Of a stretch of 64,000 bases of DNA, positions 28,012 through 37,999 are shown in pieces. The number at the start of each line of letters is the position of its first letter. Within the stretch, counting starts at the first letter, position 1. A program made the translations under genes and the position numbers. The notes under the pieces are model-generated. The model was not told where the DNA came from and ran no database searches. It was given only the letters and a program-made list of their open reading frames with translations. The stretch is from an uncultured virus (IMG/VR IMGVR_UViG_3300037258_000725) (taxonomy: Duplodnaviria; Heunggongvirae; Uroviricota; Caudoviricetes), in the IMG/VR virus record IMGVR_UViG_3300037258_000725; one strand, written 5' to 3'.

Positions 28012-28293
28012 ATGACCAACTGGGTACGCACCTACGATGACCAGGCCCACTCCAGCTTTGTCGAGTCTCTCGATGGCATGGACTGGCCTGGCCCGGTGCG
28101 GCCTGGCTGGTTCCACCTCTGCTCACCCCAGACCAGGGGATTCGATGGCCTGGACCTCGCAGAGCGCTGTGCCTGCGGGGGGGAGCGTGTCAACCGTGGC
28201 CGGTGGACCAGGCGCAACCAGACTCGCCGGATGCGGCTCCTGGCCAGCTTGAGGCCACAGCCACGAGGAGGTGCCCATGCCCGCCGAACCTGA
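28012..28293 (+). CDS. Hypothetical protein with HxC/CxCG motifs
   Basis: 'HLC.PQTRG...ERCACG'. Confidence 0.45.
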   Translation: MTNWVRTYDDQAHSSFVESLDGMDWPGPVRPGWFHLCSPQTRGFDGLDLAERCACGGERVNRGRWTRRNQTRRMRLLASLRPQPRGGAHARRT

Positions 28294-28789
28294 GCTCCTC
28301 AAGGGTGATGACTGGGATGCCGTCCTGGATGATCACCCTGATGCCAAGCAGTACGAGTGGCGGGTGGAGGGTACCCAGCACCGCCTCAGTCCTGGAGCGA
28401 TGGCCCGGGAGTTCGACGTGAACGGGGTCATCCAGGCGGAGGGAGCCGGGGAGGCACTGCACTGGCTGGTGGTCCACGGTCCCATGTGGGATGGCCTGGA
28501 CCTTGGTGAGCAGTTCACGGTCTCCATCTACCCGGTGTCACCTCAGGGGGAGGCCCTGGTCCAGGAGATCGCCAACAGCAGGCCACCAGCCGGGCGGGTT
28601 CGCCACCCCGGCCGCGTGGCCCCGTGGGGGTACTGCCCGGAGTGCAAGCGGCGCATCGCTGGCGGGAGACCATTCGGCCGACCCTATGAGGTGCGGCTGC
28701 GCAGGCACGGCCGGTTCCAGGAGGACTGCATTGGCTCCGGGCAGATCGTGGCCAAGGGGCATGACGATGGCCCGCCCAGGAGGCGATGA
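28277..28789 (+). CDS. Hypothetical protein with C-terminal Zn ribbon
   Basis: GAGGAGG RBS; 'CPEC...RRH...CIGSG'. Confidence 0.5.
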   Translation: MPAEPELLKGDDWDAVLDDHPDAKQYEWRVEGTQHRLSPGAMAREFDVNGVIQAEGAGEALHWLVVHGPMWDGLDLGEQFTVSIYPVSPQGEALVQEIANSRPPAGRVRHPGRVAPWGYCPECKRRIAGGRPFGRPYEVRLRRHGRFQEDCIGSGQIVAKGHDDGPPRRR

Positions 28790-29064
28790 CCATGGCTGAC
28801 CGGACCCAGCCCGCGTACCGGGAACGGAACGCCCTCAAGTGGATCAGCCTCATCGCGGGCCTGCACTACTTCGGTGACGCCTTCAACCCGGAGCACATGC
28901 GGACCCTGGCCAACGTCGCCGCAGACGCGCTTGCCGGGCAACGTGACCTGCCGGACTTCGAGGAGTCGCAGGCCGAGGGCAAGCGCTGGGCCCGGGAGAT
29001 GGCTGACGGGCTCGGGTTCAGCCTGATCGGTGATGACGACACGGGCGGCGAGGATCATGGCTAG
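28786..29064 (+). CDS. Hypothetical protein
   Basis: ATGA overlap. Confidence 0.5.
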   Translation: MTMADRTQPAYRERNALKWISLIAGLHYFGDAFNPEHMRTLANVAADALAGQRDLPDFEESQAEGKRWAREMADGLGFSLIGDDDTGGEDHG

Positions 29065-29320
29065 GGATGGGCTGACCAGACGGCAGGCGACGGTCTTGCG
29101 TGCGCTGTCGGGCGGGGATTCCATGAGCGCCCGCGACATCGGCGTCCGCTCCGATGTCTTGTGGCGGCTTGAGGAACGCGGCATGGTCGGCCGCAGCGTC
29201 CACCACCAGTGGCGCATCCGGCTAACCGGGAAGCAGGCGCTTGACGCCTACACCGAACACCAGGTGGAGCGGATGCTTCCCCGGCCCCGGGGGAGCCCCT
29301 TCTCATACCGGGGCAAATGA
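29057..29320 (+). CDS. Small winged-helix-like protein
   Basis: 'LT.RQ..VL.AL...L.RLEERGMV...W..LTG'. Confidence 0.5.
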   Translation: MARDGLTRRQATVLRALSGGDSMSARDIGVRSDVLWRLEERGMVGRSVHHQWRIRLTGKQALDAYTEHQVERMLPRPRGSPFSYRGK

Positions 29321-29325
29321 CTCCA

Positions 29326-29353
29326 ACTTTACATAACGTAGATTATCGGCACA
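29326..29353 (-). other. dif: XerCD dif-like recombination site
   Basis: Minus strand TGTGCCGATAA-TCTACG-TTATGTAAAGT: 11-bp XerC arm, 6-bp core, 11-bp XerD arm; intergenic and AT-rich. Confidence 0.85.
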
Positions 29354-29375
29354 TTACGGGAAGGGGTTGGTGATC

Positions 29376-31855
29376 ATGACCAGAGGCCAGGCCAGCGGTG
29401 ATCCCGTGGCCAGCTTCCCGTGGATTGTGCTCGCGGCCGGGCTTATCTGCATCGCCGTCGCGGTGTACCGGCTGGCCACCGGCACGGTCAACTACCTGGA
29501 GTTCGGGGCACTCGCGCTTGGCCTGTTCGCTATCGCAGTCTGCGTGGTGCTGAAATGGCCCACCGGAAAGGGCCGGTGACCATGACGGAAGCCATCGCTG
29601 ACTGGCAGATCAACCCGCCACCGATAGGCACCCCTGCGGGGCTGCTGCTGGCCGGGGTCGTGTGCCTGGTCATGGTCACCATCGGGGGCTGGCTCGGCAG
29701 CGGCGGCCTCGCGCGGTTCCGCGAAAGCCGGGCCGGGAATGCCGCTGGGGCAGCCTTCCTCGCCGCAGTGCTCATCTTCATCTGGAAAGGTTAATGATCA
29801 TGAACGGAAGTCAGGCGGGACCACCACCAAGCGTGCAGATGTGCACCGTCGATGACCTGACCGGAGGCAGGCCATGCCTCCGCGCAGCGCGATGGGTGTG
29901 GCAGCCCGATCCCGGCAGTCACCCGGTGTTCCTGTGCAACGCCGATGCTGAGCCGTTCTGGCCGCTGCCCGCCATTCAAGGGAGTTGATGATGGACCCAG
30001 GCCTGGCCCTGTTCCTGGGCACTCTGCTGGCCTGCGGTGCTGCGTGGGTGGTCCTGGTTGCCTTCAGCGTGCGGCGGCTGTGCCGGGCGCTCATCAAGTC
30101 CAGGCAAGAGGAGGCCCTGTGGGCGGCTTTCCAGGACGACCTGGACCGGAATGGATACGGGTGATGATCATGCCAGATGAGGTGACCAAGGTCTTTAACC
30201 AGCAAGCCATTGCCGCTGTCCGCAAGATCCGGGCTGGGGGTGGCACCCAGGATGACGCCCGGGCGGAGCTCAGACGGCGGCTGAAGCTCTATTCGGGAAT
30301 GCCTGATAACTGGCTGGGCCGGGTGTTCCTCGCGGTCTCTGTGCGCCGTTTCACGCCCTGGGTCTGGGAGCAGTCAGGAAGGAGCCAGTCATGAGAGAGG
30401 CAGCGCCGGAAGTCCTCTGGGATGGCCATGACCTGGCCAGCATCCAGATGCTGGGCATGGAGGTGCCCCGCCGTCATGGCATTCCCGCTGTCCAGGTGGA
30501 TGCCGACTGGAATCTGCTGGTCATGACCGGCCATGTGCTGGTGTCCGTGCCAGTGGGCTGGCTGGTCTCGGTTGAGGATGACCACCTAGCGGCCCGCCCG
30601 ATTGGAGGGCCAGACATTGAGGCCCTGATCGATGCCTCCTCTCTTGGCACACCGGGGGCCAGGTCCCTGCGGGCCCGCGGGCACGGGGGCTGGCCAAGGG
30701 GGGAAAATTCATGAGCAGGCCCGGCCAGCGGCGGCACAGCCTGGGTGACATCACCCTGGGCGCCATCGGTGCCGCGTTCATCTTCCTCGGTGTGTTCCTG
30801 GCCCAGATAACCCGTGCCCCGGGCCTGACCGGGGTGGCCAGCGTCATGGCCACCATGGTCGGCACGCTGGCCATGGTGGCCGGCATCCTCCCGGGAAGGG
30901 GCCAGGGATCATGAAGCGAGCTTTGCTCTTTGTGCTGGCCATCATGGCCATCCTGGCTTTCGCCGGGGCTGCCCTGGGGTCACAGATTGCCGCCATCGTC
31001 TTTGCCCTGCTGGCCCTGGCCCTGCTTGTGCTCACGGTGGTGAGGCACTGAGCTCAGCCCCCCATGTGCCAGGCAGCCCGCCTTGCACGACTCAAAGGAG
31101 TGATGACCATGACCCGTTCAGACACCCCCACCCAGGCCCCTGTCCAGCGTTCCTTCAGTGCCCGGGTCCGCAAGGCCATGTTCCTGTGCGCCGTGCTCAA
31201 CGCCCTGGCCATCGCCATCTTCGTCGTGGGCCTGGGCCGGGTGGACCTGGTGACGGCCGGGGCCATCTGGGTGGCCTCCACGATCATCAGCTACCTGTTC
31301 TGGAGGCCCCGCCGTTGAGGTACCTGGCCCGAGCTCATCCTCATCCTCGCGGTCTGCCTGGTGGTCTACGCGGCCACAGTCCGCTACCTGGGTGCGCCCC
31401 AGTTGACCTGTGGGACTTCCTGCCCGTCGCCATCGTCATCGTGGTCGTGGTCGCTGGGCCCACAGCCAGGGGCAGCAGGAGGCGGTCACGGTGAAGCGGG
31501 ATGAGTTCCTGGTCAAGTCCGCCCGGGACACCTTGCGTGAGGTCCGCTCAGGCGAGGACCCAGACACCCGCAGACTCCTGCTCCTGGCCTGCGCCGCCAT
31601 CCTGGTGGCCACAGGCTTTGTCATCCTGATCATCGCTGCGAACTGGAGATAGCCATGACCGGAAGCAAGCACGCGGGGACCCGGAAAGGGTCCAGGGGCC
31701 TGTGGATCGTGGGCTGGGTCCTGGCCGCCCTGGGGCTGGTCAGTTTCCTGCTGGCCCTGCAACTGCCCTGGCTCAGGCCCAGCGGCGCGCTGTACCTGGG
31801 GCCCGTCCTGGTGGTGCTGGCCATCATCATCATTGGCCTGGAGCGACCCCGGTGA
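29376..31855 (+). other. Run of about a dozen tiny genes, mostly 1-2 TM membrane proteins
   Basis: e.g. 29376-29579, 29582-29794, 29988-30164, 30170-30394, 30391-30714, 30711-30914, 30911-31051, 31102-31318, 31491-31652, 31655-31855; abutting or overlapping starts and stops. Confidence 0.6.
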
Positions 31856-32814
31856 ACCAGCCCATACCCATCCAGCCAGTCACCGCCCGAACCCCCCGGC
31901 CTGGTGCCCCCCGGCCATCCCGGCCGCCAGCCAGTCACCGCCCTGTCATCCGGCGCGATGGCGAGAGCAACCCTGTGCTGGCCCGATGGGATCTGGCCCT
32001 CAGGCTGTATGACCTGCGGCGGCGGGCCGGGCTGAAGGGTGACCAGGCAGCCAAGCTCCTCAAGGTGAGCCCATCCATGGTCAGCCGGGCCGAGAACCCC
32101 GCCCGGCAGTTCAGTATCACCCATGCCGGGGACATGGCTGAGCTCTACGGCAGGCACATCAGCCGCAAGCCTGGCGGGACCATGCCCCGGGACGAGATAC
32201 AACTGGTCAAGGCCCTGATCCAGGGGGCATCAGCGCCAGCCTGGTGGGATGCCTATGTGCTGCCAGACACCCTGCCTGATGACCATGACTCCGTAGGCCT
32301 GGAGCAGGGGGCCACCTCCATTGGGCATTTCGCCGTGAACATGCCCCAGTTGCTGCAAACCGCTGTTTTTGCCGAGGTGGCTGTTGGGGTGTCCAATTTC
32401 GGCCCGGGGGCCACCAAGGATTGGGTCAAGCGGCTCATGGTCCGGCAGCTTGCGCTCAACACCCTGGACTATCAGGTAGTGCTGGATGAGTCCGTGCTGT
32501 ACCGCGGGCACCCGGCTATCATGCGGGACCAGCTAGGGCATCTGCTCGCCCTGAGCCGGGCCCATAAGGTGCTGCTTCAGGTGCTCCCCTTTGAGGCCGG
32601 GCTCATGGTGCCCGGGGATATCCAGTACCTGCGGCTGCCCGACGAGATGCCCAGCCTAGTGGTTTTGTCGTCACCCCTTGAGATAAAGGTAGTCGATGAA
32701 GTTGCCCCACTGCGGGCCTACGGAACCGTTCTGGCCCAGGCCCAGGCCCAGGCTTTTGATTCCGAGGAGTCGGCCCGCCTTATTGAGGAGCGAGTCAAGC
32801 AGCTAGATGATTGA
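31852..32814 (+). CDS. XRE HTH + DUF5753 (Scr1-type) transcriptional regulator
   Basis: 'LRRRAGL..DQAAKLL.VSPSMVSRAEN', 'P.LLQT', 'VVLDESVL', 'MRDQL.HL', 'QVLPF'. Confidence 0.85.
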   Translation: MNQPIPIQPVTARTPRPGAPRPSRPPASHRPVIRRDGESNPVLARWDLALRLYDLRRRAGLKGDQAAKLLKVSPSMVSRAENPARQFSITHAGDMAELYGRHISRKPGGTMPRDEIQLVKALIQGASAPAWWDAYVLPDTLPDDHDSVGLEQGATSIGHFAVNMPQLLQTAVFAEVAVGVSNFGPGATKDWVKRLMVRQLALNTLDYQVVLDESVLYRGHPAIMRDQLGHLLALSRAHKVLLQVLPFEAGLMVPGDIQYLRLPDEMPSLVVLSSPLEIKVVDEVAPLRAYGTVLAQAQAQAFDSEESARLIEERVKQLDD

Positions 32815-32851
32815 GTAAGCCCCGCACCCGAGAGGAACCACCGACTGCCCA

Positions 32852-33331
32852 ATGACCACTCTCGAGACTTCCACTCCGCCAATCCTGGTCTTCACCGGCC
32901 GGTACGGGTTCCTGCACAACTTCCACCGATCCTCCATCCTGATGGGCGATGGGATTCGCTACCGGCATGGTGAGGGCGCATTCCACGGCCAGAAGTCCAG
33001 TGACATGGCGTGGCGGCAGAAGGTGGCCAGGATGGAGCCCTGGGATGCCAAGGCAGCCGGGCGGGCTGTCCACCTGGATGATGTGGCGGCCTGGGATGCC
33101 CGGGCCAAGCTGGTCATGCTGCGGGTGGAGCTCAACAAGTTCCTTCAGCACCCAAGGCTGCGGGAAGACCTGGTAGCCACTGGGGATGCCCTGCTGGTCG
33201 AAGGCAACCGCCACCATGACAACCGCTGGGGCGACTGCCACTGTGGCGACGTGGACCACCCTGAGTGTGAGCCACCAGGGACCAACTGGCTGGGCCAGAT
33301 CCTGATGCATGTCAGGTTCGTGCTGACATGA
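32852..33331 (+). CDS. NADAR family protein (YbiA-like)
   Basis: 'FLHNF', 'AK..GR', 'KF.QHP.LR..L.ATGD..LVEGN..HD..WG', 'G.NWLG.ILM.VR'. Confidence 0.9.
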   Translation: MTTLETSTPPILVFTGRYGFLHNFHRSSILMGDGIRYRHGEGAFHGQKSSDMAWRQKVARMEPWDAKAAGRAVHLDDVAAWDARAKLVMLRVELNKFLQHPRLREDLVATGDALLVEGNRHHDNRWGDCHCGDVDHPECEPPGTNWLGQILMHVRFVLT

Positions 33332-33702
33332 GGGAGTGTGGCTGGTGCGGCAAGTCCTTTGAGCCCAGCAACGAGGAGCAGAAGTACTGCAACCCCAACC
33401 ACACCAGGAAAGCGCGCCAGGTCAGGCACAAGGCCAAGGTGCTGGCCGGGGAGATAGCCGAGCTCACTGAGGAGGAGAAGGCCAGGCTGGAGGCCAGGCT
33501 GGCCAATCTGGAGAAGCAGAGGGTCATCTGTGCCACCAAGGCCATCTACGGCAGCCCCAAGGCGGCCCTGGCTGCGATCAGTGCCAAGCGGCTGGCTGGG
33601 ATGGATGTCCGTAGCTGGTATCAGTGCCCGGTGTGCGGCTGGCTGCACCTGACCTCCAAGCCCTGGCCGGCCGTGGATGAGCCCCTGGTGCTCAGGCGAT
33701 GA
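33328..33702 (+). CDS. Zn-finger hypothetical protein
   Basis: 'C.WCGK.F...QKYC' and 'YQCPVCGWLHLTS'. Confidence 0.6.
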   Translation: MRECGWCGKSFEPSNEEQKYCNPNHTRKARQVRHKAKVLAGEIAELTEEEKARLEARLANLEKQRVICATKAIYGSPKAALAAISAKRLAGMDVRSWYQCPVCGWLHLTSKPWPAVDEPLVLRR

Positions 33703-34304
33703 ACCAGGGCGGCCTCCCACCCAACGGGCAATGCCCAGGCTGTGGTGTGGCCCGGGGCGAGACCTGCCGCCTCCGCTGCCTGGCCCCAGTGCCTGCCTAT
33801 GACGGGGTGGTCCTGACCCAGCGGCACATCAAGGGCCTGCTGGGTTACACCATGGCCATCTGGCCTGAGGAGCAGATACGCCGGGAGGTCCTGCGGGCGA
33901 TGCTGCCCCGAGGTGAGCGGAAAACCAGGCCCGGCCGGGTCGGGATACCCACCCCTCAGGGCCGCACCAAGAACGTGATGACCGGCTACTTCACGTTCTG
34001 GCTCAAGCACTTCCATGACTGGGGCCTGATCGAGCGCCACCCTGAGCATGTGGTGATCCTGGCCCCCCGGGCCTACCTGTACCAGCGGGCAGAGCAGTGG
34101 CTGGCCCGGGACTGGGCCCTGCATGAGGGAGTTCACCAGGCCATCCGGGTCATGGTGGACCACCCGCCCAGTGAGCTCAGGCTGGCTGAGGCCCGCTATC
34201 AGGAACTGGTGAGCCTGCGTAAGCTCATGGAGGCCTATCCTGCGGGCGGCCCGCACAAGGACAAGGGCTATGTGCGAATCTGGCCGCGGCCGGGCACAAT
34301 GTAG
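33699..34304 (+). CDS. Hypothetical protein, N-terminal Zn finger
   Basis: 'CPGCG...GETC'; ATGA overlap. Confidence 0.5.
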   Translation: MNQGGLPPNGQCPGCGVARGETCRLRCLAPVPAYDGVVLTQRHIKGLLGYTMAIWPEEQIRREVLRAMLPRGERKTRPGRVGIPTPQGRTKNVMTGYFTFWLKHFHDWGLIERHPEHVVILAPRAYLYQRAEQWLARDWALHEGVHQAIRVMVDHPPSELRLAEARYQELVSLRKLMEAYPAGGPHKDKGYVRIWPRPGTM

Positions 34305-34306
34305 GA

Positions 34307-34561
34307 ATGGGACTCATGCGGGTTCGGCGTTCACCCCTGCCTCCCCCAGAGCCGGTGCGGAAGGCCGTCTGGTATTCGGTGGAGATGTGGCTGGCCCACA
34401 AAGGCCACTGGTGGTGTTCAGGTACGCGCTATGACTCCCCTGAGGAAGCTGAGGACCGTGCGGCTGAGGTGATTCACCCCACTCGCCTTATCAAGGTAAC
34501 CCAGACCATTGAGGTGGTCCGGCCAGCTAGGATGCTTGAGGATGCTATAAGCCATATGTAA
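34307..34561 (+). CDS. Hypothetical protein
   Basis: Co-directional ORF. Confidence 0.45.
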   Translation: MGLMRVRRSPLPPPEPVRKAVWYSVEMWLAHKGHWWCSGTRYDSPEEAEDRAAEVIHPTRLIKVTQTIEVVRPARMLEDAISHM

Positions 34562-34600
34562 TATGCTGTGTAGCACACCCGCTCCCGAAAGGGGGCTCAC

Positions 34601-34924
34601 ATGGCGGCCGACCTGATCGGTACTGGCTGGGCCATCATCATCCTGGGCATGGCTTGCCTGCTGGCCCGGCTCCTCCTGAAGACTCCCACTCTCAAGCTGG
34701 GCCTGGCCCTGATCACCGCGGGCGGGGTACTGGTGATGACGGTGGTCCTGGTCTGGGCCCTCCTGATCCCCAACTGGGCTGAAGCAGGGATGGCGGCTGT
34801 GGCCCTGGTCAGCACGGGCTCCCTGTTCGTGGCGATCAGTGTCTACCGGACTGCCCGGCGACTCCAGCAGGAACTTGAACAGCCACAGCCACCAGGCAGG
34901 GTGGAGGAGCAATGCCCCCGCTGA
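34601..34924 (+). CDS. Membrane protein
   Basis: Three TM segments. Confidence 0.55.
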   Translation: MAADLIGTGWAIIILGMACLLARLLLKTPTLKLGLALITAGGVLVMTVVLVWALLIPNWAEAGMAAVALVSTGSLFVAISVYRTARRLQQELEQPQPPGRVEEQCPR

Positions 34925-35211
34925 TTGGGGCCAGCGCAGTGCTGGCCATCGCGCCCACGGTGGGCTTGCTGGCCTTCTGGCTCGGGCCCGGGTTCCCCCG
35001 GTCATTCATAGCCGTTGCGGGAGTGCTGGCTGCGGCTGGATGGGCTGGATGGTTCTGGTATACGGCTGTCAGAGGGCCCTGGTACCTTGCGGTTACGTGC
35101 GGGCTTGCGGTGTTGGTAGTCATCTGTGTAGCTTGGTCCGCAATGCGGCGGACTCAGAGGTTCCCTGATGCACAGGTTCACACTCCTCAATCCCAAAGAC
35201 GTGCCCGGTGA
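34912..35211 (+). CDS. Membrane protein
   Basis: GGAGGAG RBS; three TM segments. Confidence 0.5.
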   Translation: MPPLIGASAVLAIAPTVGLLAFWLGPGFPRSFIAVAGVLAAAGWAGWFWYTAVRGPWYLAVTCGLAVLVVICVAWSAMRRTQRFPDAQVHTPQSQRRAR

Positions 35212-35425
35212 TCTGCCCAATGGCATCTATGGCTTGCGGGTTATCGGGGCTCATTGGGTCACTGGTCGTATCATTGACATCGAGGTGCTTTATGTGCCAG
35301 GGCTGGAGCCATCTGAATGCTTGTTCAAGATGGTGAAGGAGATTGGCCAGGCTGAGCTTGGGGTGAAGGACGATGCCGGTTTATGTGGACGACATGAGGA
35401 TGGAAGCGAAGGTAGGGCGGCTTAA
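35168..35425 (+). CDS. Hypothetical protein
   Basis: GAGG RBS; overlaps neighbours. Confidence 0.4.
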   Translation: MHRFTLLNPKDVPGDLPNGIYGLRVIGAHWVTGRIIDIEVLYVPGLEPSECLFKMVKEIGQAELGVKDDAGLCGRHEDGSEGRAA

Positions 35426-35831
35426 CGCGCGCTGGTCTCACCTGTTCGCCGGGCCTGATGATGACCTGGGTGACCTTCACGACCTGGCTGAGCGGATTGG
35501 CCTGAGGCGGGCCTGGTTTCAGGACAAGCAGTGGCCCATGCAGCACTACGACGTGACCGACCCCAAGCGGCTGGCCGCCATCGGCCAGGGAGCTCAGCCC
35601 ATCACCTGGCGGCAGACTGGGGAGATGATGCACCAGGCCATCACGGCCCGCTACACCCAGACTGCCCGGGCCGCCGAGCTCCAGGGCCATGACATTGATG
35701 TGCGGCCAGGCTGCATGACCTGCCGGGCCTGCGGGCTCGCGGCCCTGGAGCAGGGCCTGGCTGTCGGCCCGGCCACCAGGTCGCGCTGCACAGGCAAGCC
35801 TGAGCTCGTCCAGGTCTCCCTGTTCGCCTAG
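35373..35831 (+). CDS. DUF4031 domain protein
   Basis: 'VYVDD...WSHL...DLH..A..IGL.R.WFQ...HYDVT..KR..AI..GA'. Confidence 0.85.
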   Translation: MPVYVDDMRMEAKVGRLNARWSHLFAGPDDDLGDLHDLAERIGLRRAWFQDKQWPMQHYDVTDPKRLAAIGQGAQPITWRQTGEMMHQAITARYTQTARAAELQGHDIDVRPGCMTCRACGLAALEQGLAVGPATRSRCTGKPELVQVSLFA

Positions 35832-36421
35832 GCAGGGCCAGTGGCCATGAACCGCTGGATCATTGTGGGCACCGACTCCTCATCCTCGCAGGGCATCGGG
35901 ATGCCACCATGGCAGTTGGCCACCCGCAGGAACGCGGCCTCGTCGGTGACCAGGATGCGGGCCTGGGTCAGCCAGGCTGAGGGGTCAGGCACATGGCCGA
36001 ATGGGTGGGCACAGTAGATGGCCTGGTTGCTGCCATCGGGGTAGAGCAGTGCCACGTTCCCTGACTGGCCATAGCACATGATCCGCCACATGTTGCCCTC
36101 GCTGGACAGCACGTCAAAGTGCCTGGAGCTCGCCAGGGTGACCTTCTGCTCCTCCGACAAGTGCCGCTTCAGCAAGGCCAGGGCCTGGTCATAGGCCTCC
36201 TGCCGCCGCTCGGCTGCCTCGTTGTCCCGCTGGGCGATGGCCCTGTGAAGCGCATCGAGACCGGCCAGGTCCAGCCGCGGGCGCAGCCTGAGACGCCGGG
36301 TTCGGGGTGCCGGGACATGGGTGACTAGCTGAGGTTGCTGCACCGTATCCCACCGCCCAGTCGGCAGCAGGGGGATGAATCCTGGGCCGGCTGGGGTGTG
36401 GGTCAGCATGGGTATGGGCAT
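35828..36421 (-). CDS. Hypothetical protein
   Basis: 'A..LL..HLS.EQ...F.V....G...YC.HP...Q...L..DE..FLRVAN'. Confidence 0.55.
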   Translation of the reverse strand: MPIPMLTHTPAGPGFIPLLPTGRWDTVQQPQLVTHVPAPRTRRLRLRPRLDLAGLDALHRAIAQRDNEAAERRQEAYDQALALLKRHLSEEQKVTLASSRHFDVLSSEGNMWRIMCYGQSGNVALLYPDGSNQAIYCAHPFGHVPDPSAWLTQARILVTDEAAFLRVANCHGGIPMPCEDEESVPTMIQRFMATGPA

Positions 36422-36426
36422 GGAGC

Positions 36427-36669
36427 TCAGCCGCCTGCCAGTGGCCCCGTGGCGGTGTACTCCCCCACCATCGCGGAGAACTCGCCTGCCTGCACCGGGT
36501 CATTGACGGGCCCGGTGTGGATCACATGATGCCGCCTGAGGTCAGCGAACACCTTCGCTGCCCTGGCCACGGTCGCTGGCTTGTCACTGGTCCAGCGGAC
36601 GGCTGGCTCTGGCTGGCCATCGACATAAATCGCGCCATCCACAACCTTGGTGTCCATGAGCACTGTCAT
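36427..36669 (-). CDS. Hypothetical protein
   Basis: Co-directional ORF with RBS. Confidence 0.45.
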   Translation of the reverse strand: MTVLMDTKVVDGAIYVDGQPEPAVRWTSDKPATVARAAKVFADLRRHHVIHTGPVNDPVQAGEFSAMVGEYTATGPLAGG

Positions 36670-36769
36670 TGTCCGGATAGCCCCCTTCTTTGTTAGCCCC
36701 CTCTGGCCTTCATTGCCAGATTGTTTTCCGAAGGTAGCACCTACGTGTTCCCGCTACTATGCCGTTTTC

Positions 36770-37126
36770 ATGAGAACACAAAACATGGACAGGGACCAGT
36801 TGCTCGACAAAGTACGAGAGAACCGGGCAAATCACGAAAGTGCATACCAGGAAGCCTCCAGAATTTACCGGCAGGAGGCTGCCCAGTGGTACCGGGGGGA
36901 GGCTGAGCGGATCGAGCAGGACAGCGACCTTGCCCCCCGGAAGCACTGCCCACTGCCGGTGCCCCAGTCCTACGTGAGCCACTATGACCGGGCCATCAGG
37001 ATGCTGGAATGGTCGATTGACTCAGCCGTGCCCGTGGATGAGCAGACTTTCGCCCAGCTTGTCCTGGATGACTGGGATTGGTCTGGGGAGTGGCGGCGCA
37101 CCATGAGCAATTACGGCACGCGGTGA
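36770..37126 (+). CDS. Hypothetical phage protein
   Basis: 'LL..V.ENR..H...Y.EA...P.SY...YDRAI.MLEW...F.QLVLDDWDW'. Confidence 0.6.
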   Translation: MRTQNMDRDQLLDKVRENRANHESAYQEASRIYRQEAAQWYRGEAERIEQDSDLAPRKHCPLPVPQSYVSHYDRAIRMLEWSIDSAVPVDEQTFAQLVLDDWDWSGEWRRTMSNYGTR

Positions 37127-37242
37127 ACCTTGTGACCACCCTGGTACGTGTGTAGCTTTGTCCGCAAGCTGCCGGGCGGGCCTCTCCCCCGGCTGGCCCG
37201 CATGGGCCGGGGCTCCCGCGGAGCCCCGGTTCCGTGCTCCAG

Positions 37243-37782
37243 CTAGTCCCACATGTCCGGCAGGTTGCGGGCTAAGACCCGGACCGACTCCTGGGCCTGC
37301 TGACAGTGCAGGCAGGGCAGCACATCAGCCAGGAGGCTGAGCGACCCCTCAGCGGCTCCCATGTAGCCCTCCTGCCGGTCCTGCCACTCTGCGGGGGTCT
37401 CACCATCCACATGCTCCCAGTGGCCCTCATAGGCCAGCAGGGGCCCGCTGATGTGGCCAAGGAGCTCATCCCACTCCTCCGAGGTCATGCCGTTGGGGAA
37501 GCCGTGGCCATAGCGGCGCAGGTGCTCGATGCTCTCCCCGATGAGCCTGGCCAGGTAGCCATCCAGGCTCCAGGTGTCCGGGTCGGCCCAGCCCCGCCTG
37601 GACCGCTGCCAGCGCCACCTCAGCCGGTGCCAGGGCCGGGGCCTGACCAGGTTCCGGGCCGTGAACCTGAGTTTCCGCCAGCCGGTGATGGCGGCCCGCA
37701 CTGGCAGTGGCCTGCCCGCATGCCGCTGCTTGCGTTCCTCACACTCCGCCAGGAACGCCTGCCAGGAATGGTGGCCGCTCAC
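37243..37782 (-). CDS. Hypothetical phage protein
   Basis: 'WQR..RGW...DTWSLD.YL...EEW...L...WD'. Confidence 0.6.
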   Translation of the reverse strand: MSGHHSWQAFLAECEERKQRHAGRPLPVRAAITGWRKLRFTARNLVRPRPWHRLRWRWQRSRRGWADPDTWSLDGYLARLIGESIEHLRRYGHGFPNGMTSEEWDELLGHISGPLLAYEGHWEHVDGETPAEWQDRQEGYMGAAEGSLSLLADVLPCLHCQQAQESVRVLARNLPDMWD

Positions 37783-37999
37783 CGTCTCCCCCCTGCCTGC
37801 CGGGATACACGCGCCTGGGCTCGGTGCCATAGTGGGCCTGGACTTGATCCAGGGTCCAGCCAATGACCCCCGCCCGCTCCATTATCGGGGCTGCGGCGAC
37901 CACTTGGCCGTCCAGGACCATGAATCCGTAAACGGCCCGGGGCTTGACTATGGCGAACAATTCCGCATTGTCAGGAATGCGCCGGGCATGCTGGGGCAT
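37739..37999 (-). CDS. Hypothetical protein
   Basis: Abuts the dcd stop; 'DGQVVAAAPI...IGW'. Confidence 0.4.
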   Translation of the reverse strand: MPQHARRIPDNAELFAIVKPRAVYGFMVLDGQVVAAAPIMERAGVIGWTLDQVQAHYGTEPRRVYPGRQGGDGERPPFLAGVPGGV

